Assembly: GCF_018977255.1 (NCBI RefSeq)
Contig: NW_024704743.1
Coordinates: 80,106,001-80,170,000, forward strand
Length of the DNA stretch: 64,000 nt
Reading direction: 5' to 3'
DNA from: Callorhinchus milii
Lineage: Eukaryota
Shown here: one piece after another, positions 51,051 to 62,573 of the stretch
Numbering within the stretch: the first letter of the stretch is position 1
How the letters are laid out: every line of letters begins with the position of its first letter
Notes under the pieces: generated by a model
Database searches by the model: none
Told to the model about the DNA's origin: nothing
The model's input: the letters and a program-made list of their open reading frames with translations, nothing else
Translations under genes and position numbers: made by a program

Positions 51051-51208
51051 ATTTTCTTAAAATTTCAGAATGTGCCGATTTTTTAATTCAGTCTTTATTT
51101 TGAAGCCAGTATTCTGCAGACTCTTTAAGAATTATTTAAATCTGGCTCACAAATTAAAACTGAATGTGAAATTTCCAAAATTCTGCACCTCTTAAATTTT
51201 AGGAAAAT
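51051..51208. mobile_element. Palindromic MITE-like remnant
   Basis: ATTTTCTTAAAATTT / AAATTTTAGGAAAAT outer arms and ATTCAGTCTTTATTTTGAAGCCAG / CTGGCTCACAAATTAAAACTGAAT inner arms. Confidence 0.65.
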
Positions 51209-52574
51209 GATTTCAGTCAAAAAACAGGCAACACTGGATAGCTTGAATGTGAATATATATATCAATGGATTTCGCAATACGGTGCAACATCCTGTTTGCC
51301 TTCTTTATTGTTGCCTCATATTGTTTTGACATGGTAAACAACTCAGCCAACACCTGTAGATCACTTTCAATGTCCGTTGGTAAAATTTGTGTCCCTTCAT
51401 TCTCCTGAATGAGGACCTGTGCTTAGTTCATCCCATGGACACCCACAGTTCCTCTTGGACCCATACAATCTTTAGGATCCACAATTACATCAATCTGCCT
51501 TGTCTTGAGGTTTTGATTTCTGCCTGACAGGTGAGTCACGGAAAGAAAAAGAGAAAAAGACAAAGTACAGCAGTTTTATCAAGACGATGAACAGGAAAAT
51601 CCTTATCAACAAGAAACAAAGGTATCATGGCAGCTCTCTGTGATTTTAAAACTAGATACCATCAAATGCTAGACAAAACATGGCAGGAAAAAATGATTAG
51701 CTCAATTCTTCTTGTGTCTATCTCACCCCTGTTTCTGTTGTGTCATCAAAATCTGTTGATATGGTTGTGCAATTTTGCAATGTAGCTTTCCCACAGTTTG
51801 TGGGAAATTTGACAAACGGAAGTGCTTAGAAGAGAATATTTTCATAGCTCCACCTCCCCCGAAAGCATCTAAACTTTGTTATAGTTCTAGTTTTGCTATC
51901 AGATGGATGCTCTGTGGACAAATACTTCCAGTACCACCTAACCTGCTTCTGGTAATAGATTGGATTGCATATTGCATGGCCAATGGTTTTCTGCATCCAT
52001 GTGCAACACAATGGAAGTGATGATAACCTGGAAGTCGATCATTTTTAGTGCTGGATGCCGGCTGGCTTTCTGTGTGTCATTGGTTACGCTTTGGTGACGT
52101 CATGATGCATAAGCCCTGACTGACGATTGTGCCCTGTTACAAATTCGTTGAAATTATGGAATCCAATTACTACGTTTAATGCAGCTGCACTGTAGTATTT
52201 TTCCTCCATTCATTACGTGCGCATACTTTCTAATGTGAATCAGAAAGCACTTCAAGATGGTCATCCTGCATTAAAGTCATTATATAGTATAATGCATGTT
52301 ATATAATGAAACTCCGATACACTCTCCCTCTATCCCTCCACCTTGCCCCCTCCTTCCCCTTCTTCAAGTTGCACCTGAAGATCCTCCTCTTCGACCATGC
52401 TTATTATCATCTCCCCCTCCCCCTGGCACGGCATCGTGCTCTGTCACTGTCAAGCATTCTAGGACACTATCCTGCCTGATAGTGTAATGCAAGACAAATG
52501 CATTATATTATCGCAAAAGACAAATGCAAGTTGTGATTGTTGTTATTGCGAGATGTTGCTGTGCTTGTTGAATC

Positions 52575-52712
52575 AGTAGTTAGTTATCAGGAGCAAGATT
52601 CCCAGCTAATTTTCCTCTCCCAGGCTAATATTTGCTGAGACCAATTGCACCACACCCACTGCTATCGGGGCTGAGATCAGCTAACTCAGCACAGTCTGCG
52701 AATTAAACCAGG
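52575..52712 (-). mobile_element. AmnSINE2-like remnant
   Basis: GCTGAGACCAATTG...GGCTGAGATCAGCTAACTCAGCACAG. Confidence 0.65.
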
Positions 52713-53179
52713 TCGGCAATAGGTAATATTTTATTATGAAGGTTTAGGGAAGTGAACATCAACCATTAAAAAGTGATACTGTCGATGACAAGCTAATTTC
52801 CCACATGTGAATTATAACCTGGCCAAGAATGTAACTTGCTGTTGACCTCCCTGGAGATTTCCAATGGGTTTCTGTTTAGTGCTCAGCATACAAAACATTC
52901 CTTTCATTCTGCTCTTAGCCCTTGTGATTTGACAAGTCTGATTATTGTGCTATTACCTCGTAGTTTATCATCGGAGTTGCTCTCTGATAGTACAATTGTC
53001 ACCGGAATAAATGCTTTGATTCTGTACTATCCCTTACTTGATCCGTATTTAGTTAATGGGTGATAATGTAGGACATTGATTTTTCTGTGTTTAGGATATA
53101 TGATACAGCAGTTAGGAGTGATGCAAGCTACAACAATGATTAGGGCTCTGGAATGGCAACAATTCTGAGCCAACTTAAC

Positions 53180-54730
53180 TTACAAGAAGCAGCAGCACTT
53201 ATTTCCGAGCTGATGGCTGGGATCAAGAGGGGTGGAGTGCGGGGAGGGTAGGAGAGGCAGGGAAGGCATGGTCAAAGAGAAGCGTCTTGAGATGGGTCTT
53301 GAAGGAGGCAAGGAAGGGCGCGAGGTGGAGGGACTGTGGGATGAAATTCCAAAGGGTGGGGGCAGAGTGGCTGAAGGCTCATCCACCAATGGAACCAGGG
53401 CTACAAAAAGAATAATAATAATAATAATAATAATAATGTCTTTAGATGGGATTTGAAAGTGAGGAGAGAGGCTGCAATGTGGAGGGATTGAGTTCCAGAC
53501 TTCCGGGGTATAGTGGCTGAAGGCACTGCCACTGATGGTGGAGCAGAGGGGACGCAAGACAGATAGGAGGCCGGAGCTGGCCGAGTGGAGGCAGCGGGTG
53601 GTGGAGTGGAGGGTAAGCAGAGCGGATAGGTAGGGAGGTGAAGGGATTTGAAAGCAAATGAGAGGAACTTGAAGTTAATCCGTTCAGTGTTTGAGAGCCA
53701 ATGGAGCCTGGCAAAGACTGGTGTGATGGGGGTGCAGAGTTTTGTGTGGGTGCGTATCTGGGTGGTGGAGTTTTGAATTAATTAATTGAATTTTGTGTAT
53801 GATGGAGCTGGGGAGACCAGCGAGGAGGGCATTGGAGTAGTCCAGCCAGGAAGTGACAAAAGCATGGATGAGGGTTTTGGCTGTGTTGGTCATGAGGTAC
53901 GGATGGAGGTGGGCAATGTGACGGAGGTGGAATAAAGCTGTCCTGGTCAGGGAACTGATGTGAGGTAGATAGGAAAACTGGGGATTAAACCTGACGCCTA
54001 AGTTGCGCACAGGTTCTGTGAGTCTGAGGGAGATCCAGGGGAGGTTGAGGAGTTCAGACCCTCAGAAAAGACATCGATGGGAGCCAAAGAGTATGGCTTT
54101 GTCTTGCCAACATTCAACTGAATGAAATTTTCACACATCCAGGCCTTGATGTCTGACAAACAAATGGACAGGAACGAGCAGGCTGAGGGTCCCAGCTGGA
54201 GGAGGAGAAGTAGATTTGGGTGTCATCTGAATACATGTGGAAGTTGACCCCATGTTTGCACATGACATCGCCGGAGGGAGCATGCAGATAAGGAAAAGAA
54301 GGGAGCCAAGGATGGCGCCTTGGGGTACCCTGCAGGTGACCGGGTGGGGGCGGAAAGAATAAACATTTGCCAATATGTATTGTTAGCGGTTTGTTATGTA
54401 GGACTCAAACCATGCGAGTGCGGTCCCACTAAGATGGATAAGGGAGGAGAAACGGTAGAGGAGGATGGCGTGATTGACTATTTCGGCAGAGAGATGCAGG
54501 AGAACGAGGAGGCAAAGGGATCCCTGGTCACAGAGAGAGAGGACGTCATTTGTTACTTTGATGAACGCTGTGCAGTGGGCAGGGCGAAAACCGGGCTGGA
54601 GGTGTTTGAGTAGGGAATGGAGGGAGAGGTGTGAGCGAAGTTGATTTGCAATGATGTGTTCCAAAATTTTGGCCAGGAAGGGCAGGTTTGAGATGGATCT
54701 TAAGTTTGTGAGGTTGACTACATCGATGGT
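53180..54730 (-). mobile_element. L2 LINE, 3' portion (composite of two fragments joined at an (ATA)n run near 53411-53436)
   Basis: LRSISNLPFLAKILEHIIANQL...QPGFRPAH and VPQGAILGSLLF frames. Confidence 0.92.
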
Positions 54731-55501
54731 AGGGTAAGAAGAACTACCATATATACAGTTACAAATCAATAATTGGGACCCCTTTTACTATATGTACAAA
54801 GGAATTTGGGATCTTCAGGGCACTATCCATGAACTCCTATTGGAAGGTGTGCATATGTCAACATTGGGTTAAAGTGGACTGATTGAAAACCCTGTCATCA
54901 TTCCTGTTAGGCTCCCAAGTGAATAACTGAGGTACTGAACAGCAACTAGCATCTTTGGATTCATAGCCCAGTGGAAAGATAAAGTAGTTGTGAAATAGCA
55001 GGTGAAAACTTGGCAGACAAACAAGGAAGCAACATCCAACATAAATACAAACATATGGAATACACCTCATCTTGATCTGTCCACTGGATCTGACCAAAGT
55101 ATGATCAGTATCACAAATCTAGAGCTTTTTCTATAAGAGGTTAATGTTGATTTTTGGAAAAAGTCACATCACGAAAAGTTGGTCCATTGCCGAGTTCGAA
55201 ATGGCAACAAATCAAAATCTTGGATTGAAATGTCTCATTCATGCATTTACTGTGATATCATACGCCGCAGCTCTTCATGACAAACTGCCTCTTCCTCCAT
55301 GTAGTCAACTTATACTTTATCTGATGCTAGCTATTTTCAGTTACTGATGGAAGGAAACAAGACATTTGTACATATTATACCATAGAGGAATTTAGAAATG
55401 AAGCCTTGACAATCCATCTCTCAATGGATTGGGTCTTGTACCCACACTCACGCACCCCACTGACAGAAATAACAATGCAGAAACAAGTGCACGCTTGTGA
55501 T

Positions 55502-55773
55502 CAGGGCCAGATTAACCTCTTGTGGGCTTGACCCGGCGCCCAAAAGATATGTGGGCCCTATTTTCAGGTGTTCTATTTATAGGTAATGGTTCCAGGGGCG
55601 GATTGGCTCCTAGCAAGGGCTTGGGATTGTGAGGTCTATTAGGGGCACTGATGGGAGCACTCACCAGACAATCACAGGGGCATTCAGGAAATTTCCCAAT
55701 TTCCTGTAAAGCCAGTCCACCACTGAATGGATCCTTTCCAAGTGCGGACCTGGCCATTGTTAATCTGCTACTG
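55502..55773. mobile_element. hAT-type MITE (outer element)
   Basis: TIRs CAGGGCCAGATTAAC / GTTAATCTGCTACTG; 8-bp TSD CTTGTGAT (55494-55501) / TTTGTGAT (55774-55781). Confidence 0.8.
55593..55725. mobile_element. hAT-type MITE (inner, nested)
   Basis: TIRs CAGGGGCGGATTGGC / GCCAGTCCACCACTG; 8-bp TSD AATGGTTC (55585-55592) / AATGGATC (55726-55733). Confidence 0.8.
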
Positions 55774-56907
55774 TTTGTGATTCCCCTTTGAATATCGATC
55801 ACTCTGGGTGTAGTATTAAATGGAATAAGACAGTTTAGCTACAAGCAAGTGAGCCTCGACTGCAAATGAAAACAAATCAAAAACATTAAAAAAAACAACA
55901 CTTCATTGAAAAGGAAAAAGCCATAGTTCAGCTGCTCTTCAGTATTATGATTTTTTCCCCTGGAAATCAGCTTTGATCACACGCTGGGAGATGAGATACC
56001 TATAGCTCTCTAGGCCCATAAATGGATTGCAGAATTGATGTTGCAGAACAGGCCTAGGACTGGTTCAGGAGAAGGTCAGACGTCTGAAGGAAAACTCTGG
56101 CTGAATGTGCACAGTCTGACTCTCACTGATTTATTTCTATTCACTGGAGTCCAACAGCGAAGGTGATGTCAAGATCTAGTTTGATATGTTCAGGGGAAAA
56201 GGGTAATTTCTTAAATAATGCTGTAACAATGTCCTTTTCTTCATTGCTTTTTTTCAGCAGTATATGATGTGAATGTAGTGCTTAGGTTTGTTTTCCGATT
56301 TCTGGATTTTTTGCAAACCTATTGACCTGGAACGTCATTGAAAGCAAAGTTACTTACAAGGGTATCACCACTATATTTAGACATTCTTGGTCATTTTACT
56401 CCCTTTCTATGTTGTGCAGGAAATAAGCTCAACAGTTGCTTTCACCATGTGAGGCCTTTTCCTCCCACATCGGATTCCAGCACCTCAACATAAAAGCACA
56501 GTGAAAATTGATGTCAGTTGTGGAATCATGGAATGTTTACAGCACAGAAAGAGAATTCCACCCGTGATCTCGGCGCTCGTGCTTGCTCCCCCAATGGAGC
56601 TATTTGCTCCAGTCCCATTCCGCTGTTCTTTCCCATACCTTTAATATTATTTTTCTTCATGCATTTAGCCAATTACCTTTTAAATTGTTATTGCAATTTT
56701 GGCTTTGTAGTAATTTGTGGCAATGAAACAACACCCCAGCAAGAATCATTGTATTTAAAGGAATAGAAAAAAGGAGATAGAATTGGGGAGAAAAAAGCAA
56801 ACATATTGATATATTTCAACAGCATCTGTGTAAACAATAAAATTTTCTAACCCCCCCCTCTAACCCTCTGTTTCTTCTGGGGATAATCCTCAATTTATGA
56901 TAACAAA

Positions 56908-57175
56908 GGGGAAAAAAGTCCACCTGGTCCAGATTTACTCTATTTACATTTCAGAACATCCAGAATTTGGCAATTTCTTAATCACAGTCTTCATTTTGAA
57001 GCTGTATTTCCTTAAAAATTTTTAACAACTACAAAAGACTGACCTATCTTAATCCTTGCATTTGACAGTTCAAAGACTTCAAAGTTAAGACAGAATTCAA
57101 ACATTTGCCTAACTTTGGATGCTCTGAAATACTTTTTATATAGATTACATCTACACCCAGTTGGAATCTCTACCC
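56908..57175. mobile_element. Palindromic MITE with GGG...CCC termini (Harbinger-like)
   Basis: Arms ATTTCAGAACATCCAGAATTTGGCAA / TTGCCTAACTTTGGATGCTCTGAAAT; AAA on both flanks. Confidence 0.65.
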
Positions 57176-57542
57176 AAAGCTCCTCAATGCCGCAGACTGT
57201 GCAAACACGTTGTGTATTCAACTCCTGGCTCTTGACATTCAAATGTCGGTTTGCAGCTCTGGCACATTGTGGGTCATTGCTATCTGATACTTTAGGAATT
57301 ACTAAACTTAAACTATATGTTAGATCCTGATATTTCTATCCTGGGTATAAAGTATATACTGCCAGACAAGATGACTGAGTGGATGGGTGGCATCACTTCA
57401 CCAATCAGATCATAGCATGTTCTTCTGTGTATAAAAGTGGCTCAGTGGCATGGCATCCATGTTAATGAACCCTTTAATTCTATCTTCATTGTCAACATTC
57501 ATGTCAGATATTACTTACCTTTGGAATATGGAAGCAAGTCTT

Positions 57543-57735
57543 GGGGCAGAAATTCCGCCTGAGTCCAAATTTACATTATTTACTTAGCATTTCAGAGCAT
57601 CCAAACTTGACCAATTCTTAAATGTAAGCTTAACTTTGAAGCCAGTTTTCTATCTTTTTTTTGAGAGCTACAGAAAAACAGTTTCAAATTTAAAACTGAG
57701 TTCAACAATTTGCCAAATTCCTGATTTTCTGAAAC
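57543..57735. mobile_element. Second copy of the palindromic MITE, right arm cut by a Deu-SINE
   Basis: GGGGCAGAAATTCC terminus; ATTTCAGAGCATCCAAAC and TTAACTTTGAAGCC shared with 56908-57175. Confidence 0.6.
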
Positions 57736-58071
57736 TTTCACTCTGAGTCAGAAGCCTGTGGGTTCACCCTCACACTGGGACATTGAGCTCATTAGTCTAT
57801 ATGAGATGCTGGAGGTGTGCTGGATTATTGGAGGTGCCCTCATTAAATCAAGGTCCCATCTGTCTGTTCAAGTCGGTGTTGAAGGTCCATAGCGCTATTT
57901 GAAAAGAGAAGGGAGTTTCTCTCTCCCCGCATCCTAATCAACAATCCCCCCAGATAAAATTGGTCACGCATTTACATTTGCATAGCGCATTTCACAAAGA
58001 GGAGGATGTTCCAAGGCGCTGGATAATTGGTGTTTTGGAACCGAGCTGGAGGTCGGATTGGGGATGGTGGA

Positions 58072-59470
58072 GAACAACAACAAGATTACATTTGTATAGC
58101 GCCTTTCATGTCGGGCAGACGTCCCAAGGCACTGGACAGAGTACAGCATTTCAGTCAATGGCATGGTTGATGAGGAGGGTTTTGAGATGGCGAGGCGGAG
58201 GGATTGTGGGATGGAGTTCCAGAGGTTGGGGGCAGAGTGGCTGAAGGCTCTCCCACCAATGGTGGGCGGGTGGGTCGGGGGACATGAAGCAGATCAGAGC
58301 CGGCTGAGCGGAGGGAGCAAGCGGGTTGGTAGAGGGTTAGGAGGTCACAGAGATAGGGTGGGGCGAGGCCATGGAGGGCTTTATAGGTGAGTGCCAGGAT
58401 TTTGAACTAGATCCTCTGAAGGATAAGGAGCCAATGGAGTCGAGCGAGAGTGGGGGAGATGGGGTCACGGAATTTGGTGCGGGAGAGGACACGGGCTACA
58501 GAGTTCTGGATTATCTGCAGCCTGTGGAGGGAGGAGTTGGGAAGGCCGACAAGCAGGGCATTTGCATAGTCAAGCCTGGAAGTGATGAAGGCATGAACAA
58601 GAGTTTCAGCGGCCTGAGGGGTGAGGTAGTGGCAGAGTCGGGCGACGTTACAGAGGTGAAGGAAGGCAGAGCAGGTCATGGCTTGGATGTGGGGAAGAAA
58701 AGACAGTTGAGGGTTGAACAAGACACCGAGGTTCCTGACTGGCTTGTTGAGTTGAAATGTGCAACCATGGAGGTTGATGCAGCCAGAGCCTGAGGTGCTG
58801 AGACGCTGGCGCGAGTCAATCAGGAGGGCCTCAGTCTTGTTCACATTCAACTGTAGGAAGTTTGCCGTTCCAGGACTTGATATCCGACAGGCAGTCTGTT
58901 AGGTCTGTCTGGAGTTGAGGGTAATAATAATAATAATCCTTGCATTTGATATAGCGCTTTTCACGTCAGGAGGACGTCCCAAAGCGCTTCACAGAACACA
59001 CTGTAAAGTGAATTGACTGTATATTTGTGGGCGAACGCGGCAGCCAATTGCGCACAGCAATGTCCCACAAACAGTCGTAGATTGAAAATAACCAATTTAT
59101 TATTGTTTTGTTTTTTTGGAGGGATTATTATTAGGCGTGTGGAGTAAGGAAACTTGCCCAAGGTTTCGCCCTGCCTGGAATTGAACTCAAGTCTCTCACT
59201 TGCAAAGCGAGTGCTCTAACCACTGAGCTACAGGACTCCACATGTTCACTTAGTTGGCATATAGGGCAAATGTAAATCATTTATAAAGGCAATGTGGACA
59301 TGTATAATGCAGGTAAGAAAGAATAAAGGTAGAGGCAGAAAGATAGAGTTGGGTGTCATCCGCATACATGTCGAAGTTGACCCCATGTCTGTGGATGATG
59401 TCACCAAGGGGGAGCATGTAGATATTAAAGAGGAGAGGGCCAAGGACAGAGACCTGGTTGATGCCAGACA
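58072..59470 (-). mobile_element. L2 3' portion split by a young SINE
   Basis: ORF 58407-58850 NVNKTEALLI...SRLDYANALL; continues with [11 protein letters not shown] in ORF 59277-59471. Confidence 0.93.
58923..59242 (-). mobile_element. Young tRNA-headed SINE, short form
   Basis: Full head to (TAA)n tail. Confidence 0.95.
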
Positions 59471-59479
59471 TGACAGTGC

Positions 59480-61420
59480 TGGGGAAGGAGGTTGATCAAA
59501 TGCATGGTCGAAGAAAAGGGTCTTAAGATGGGTCTTGAAGGAGGAAAGGAAGGGGCAAGGTGGAGTGACTGCGGGTTGGATTTTCAAATGGTGGGAGCAG
59601 AGGGGCGGAAATCCCACCCACCAATGGTAGGACGGCTGAGACTGGGCACGTGAAGCAGGTTGGAGCGCACTGAGTGGAGAGAGTGGGCAGATTGGTAGGG
59701 GGTTAGGAGGGCTCAGAAGTAGGGGGAGCAAGCCCACGGAGGGCTTCGAAGGTGAGGACCAGGATCTTGAAATGTGTCCTCTGTGTGATGGAAAACCAGT
59801 GGAGTCGGGCGAGGATGGGGGTGATAGGGTCACAGAGCCTGGTGCAGGAGAGAACACGGACTGCAGAGTTCTGGATGATCTGCAGCCTATGGAGGGAGGA
59901 GTTGAGGAGGCTGACAAGCAGGGAGTTTGCATAGTCAAGCCTGGAATGTTATAAATGTGTGTATGAGGGTTTCGGCGGCCTGCGGTGTGAGACAGTGGTG
60001 GAGCCGGGCAATGTTACACAGGTGGGAGAAGGCAGAGGGGGTCATGGCACGGATGTGGGGTAGAAAGAATAGTTAAGGGTCAAACAACGTTCGGACTGGC
60101 TCAGCAAGGTGGAGTGTGCATCCTTGGATGGTGAACTATTTACGATCTACGTCAATGATCTAGATGAGAACATTGAACTTAATATATCCAAATTCGCGGA
60201 TGACACTAAACTAAGAGGGAGAGTAAACAACGACAATGACGTTAAAAAAATGCCACGATATATAGATAGGCTAAATGAGTGTGCAAATAGATGGCAGATG
60301 AAGCATAATGTAGGGAAGTGTGAGGTCATCCACCTAAGTGGCAAAAACAGTGGAGCAAATTATTTTTTAGAAGGGGAGAGACTAGATAGTGTTAGTGTTC
60401 AGAGGGACTTGGGTGTCCTTGTACACTAGTCACACAAAGTTAGTTTGTAGGTACAGCAAGCAATTAGGAAGGCTAAGAGTATGTGGCATTTGTTACAAAA
60501 GGGTTAGAATATAAGAGTAGGGAAGTCTTGCTGTAACTGTATAGGGCCCTGGTGAGACTTCACCCAGAGTATTGTGTGCAGTTTTGGTCTCCTTATTTAA
60601 GAAAGGATGTACTCGCCTTGGAGGGGGTATAATGGAGATTCACTAGGTTGGTACATGGGATGAGGGAGATGAGTTATGAGAATAGATTGAGCAATTTAGA
60701 CCTATATTCTCTAGAATATAGAAGAATGGGAGGTGATCTTATAGAAACCTATAAGATTATTAAGGGGCATGACAGAATAGATAGTGGGAGACTTTTTCCC
60801 CTGGTTGGAGAAACTATAACCAGGGGTCACAGTATTAAAATTAGGGGTAAGCCCTTTCGCACTGAGTTGAGGAAAATCTTCACTCGGAGGGAAGTGAATT
60901 TATGGAATTCACTACCCCAAAGGGTTGTAGATGCTTAGTCCTTGAACATATTCAAGCCTGAGATTGATAGATTTCTTATGGATTAAGCGTTTAAGGGATA
61001 TGGGGATAAGGCGGGTAGGTGGAGTTAGAATAGATCAGCCATGATCTTATTGAATGGCGGGGCAAGCTCGAGGGGCCGAATGGCCTACTCCTGCTCCTAA
61101 TTCGTATGATCTTATGAAGCGCTTTGAGATGTCTCGAAGACATGATGAGGTGCTACATCAAATGCAAGGATTATTGTATTATTTTATTATTGTTCTTATG
61201 TTCTTATGCTGTCAGCGCCTGAGATGTGGAGGTGCTGACGGGAGCCAATCAAGAGGGACTCAGTTTTCTTGATGTTTAACTGAAGAAAGTTAGCTTTCAT
61301 CCACGACTTGATATCTGACAGATAGAGTTGGGTGACATCCACATACATGTGTAGGTTGACCCCATGTCTGCGGATGATATCGCCAAGAGGGAGCACATAG
61401 ATATTGAAGAGGAGGGAACC
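59480..61420 (-). mobile_element. L2 3' portion split by a CR1 insertion
   Basis: Breaks at ...GGATGGTGA (60134) and resumes TGCTGTCAGCGCC (61207); the unbroken join GGATGGTGATGCTGTCAGCGCC is seen near 23663. Confidence 0.9.
60135..61116 (+). mobile_element. CR1 LINE, 5'-truncated, RT C-terminal region with stops
   Basis: LFTIYVNDLDE...SKFADDTKL...WQMKHNVGKCEVIH...RDLGVLV; YENRL..L.LYSLE.RR..GDLIETYKI; tail GGGCCGAATGGCCTACTCCTGCTCCTA..(TCTTATG). Confidence 0.95.
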
Positions 61421-61471
61421 ACAGAAAGAAAATGCACTATATCAAATGCAATAATTATTATTAATCCTGTA

Positions 61472-61832
61472 GTGGAGTCCTGTAGTTTAGAGCTTAGAGC
61501 ACTTGCCCTGCAAGCGAGAAACCTGGGTTTGATTCCTGGCAGGGGGAAACGACGGGCAAGTTTCCTTACTCCACATGCCTCTGTTTACTTAGCAGTAAGT
61601 AGGAACCCAGTTGTTAGTCGATTGGTGCATCACTTCTCTGGGAGAGGGCAATAATTCTTTAAAACAAATTGGTCACTCCATCAATAAATGTTTGTGGGAC
61701 ACTGCTGTGTGCAATTGGCTGCTGCGTTTGGCCCACAAAACACATTCACTTTACATTATATTCTGTGAAGTGCTTTGGGACGTCTCAAAGATGTGATAAG
61801 GCGCTATATCAAATGTAAGGTTTATTATTATT
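61472..61832 (+). mobile_element. tRNA-derived SINE, long (CORE-like) form
   Basis: GGGCAAGTTTCCTTACTCCACATGCCTCTGTTTACTTAGCAGTAAGTAGG internal segment. Confidence 0.88.
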
Positions 61833-62262
61833 GTCAATTAGATAAATTTAGATGGAAGTTCTTCCCACTATTTTCCTCTTATTCTAGCTTCTTTTCTTTC
61901 TTCCTGTAATATAATGTTTCTTACTGAAGTGTGGTTTCATGGAGGTGGCTATGTTTCATGCAAGAATTTATGGAGTGAGGGTGAGCAAAATATAATAATA
62001 ATCCTTACATTTGATATAGCACAATATCAAGACATTGAGACGTTTAAAAACTCTTCAAAAGATTTTATTCTGAAATGTAGTGATTGTGTATTTGTAGGTA
62101 TTGAACGTGACATCCAATTTGGACAAAGCATTGTCCCAGCCATGAAGCAAATTACTAATTTCAGTTGACTGATTGTTGGCCAGACAATGGGAGAAACTCC
62201 CTTCAATATTTGACTAAGTCAAATATCACAGATGACTAAGATCCAGTTTTTATCTTACATTA

Positions 62263-62573
62263 TATAATAATAATCGTTGCATTTGATATAGCGCTTTTCA
62301 TGTCTTCCCAACGTCCCAAGCGCTTCACAGAATAGACTGTAAAGTGAATTGACCGTATATTTGTGGGCGAAACGCGGCAGCCGATTGCGCACAGCAGTGT
62401 CCCACAAACATTCGTGGATTGAAAATGACCAATTTATTATTGTTTTGTTTTGGAGGGATTATTATTAGGCGTGTGGAGTAAGGAAACTTGCCCAAGGTTT
62501 CACCCTGCCTGGAATTGAACCCAGGTGTCTGAATTGCAAGGCGAGTGCTCTAACCATTGAGCTACAGGACTCC
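62263..62573 (-). mobile_element. Young tRNA-headed SINE, short form
   Basis: Full head to tail. Confidence 0.93.

Noticed and set aside
56350..57545. Minus-strand GTAAGT donors at about 56352 and 57514 as upstream exons for the 51.5-kb candidate
   Set aside because: The acceptors are poor or lie within a MITE terminus, and the joined peptides are unrecognisable
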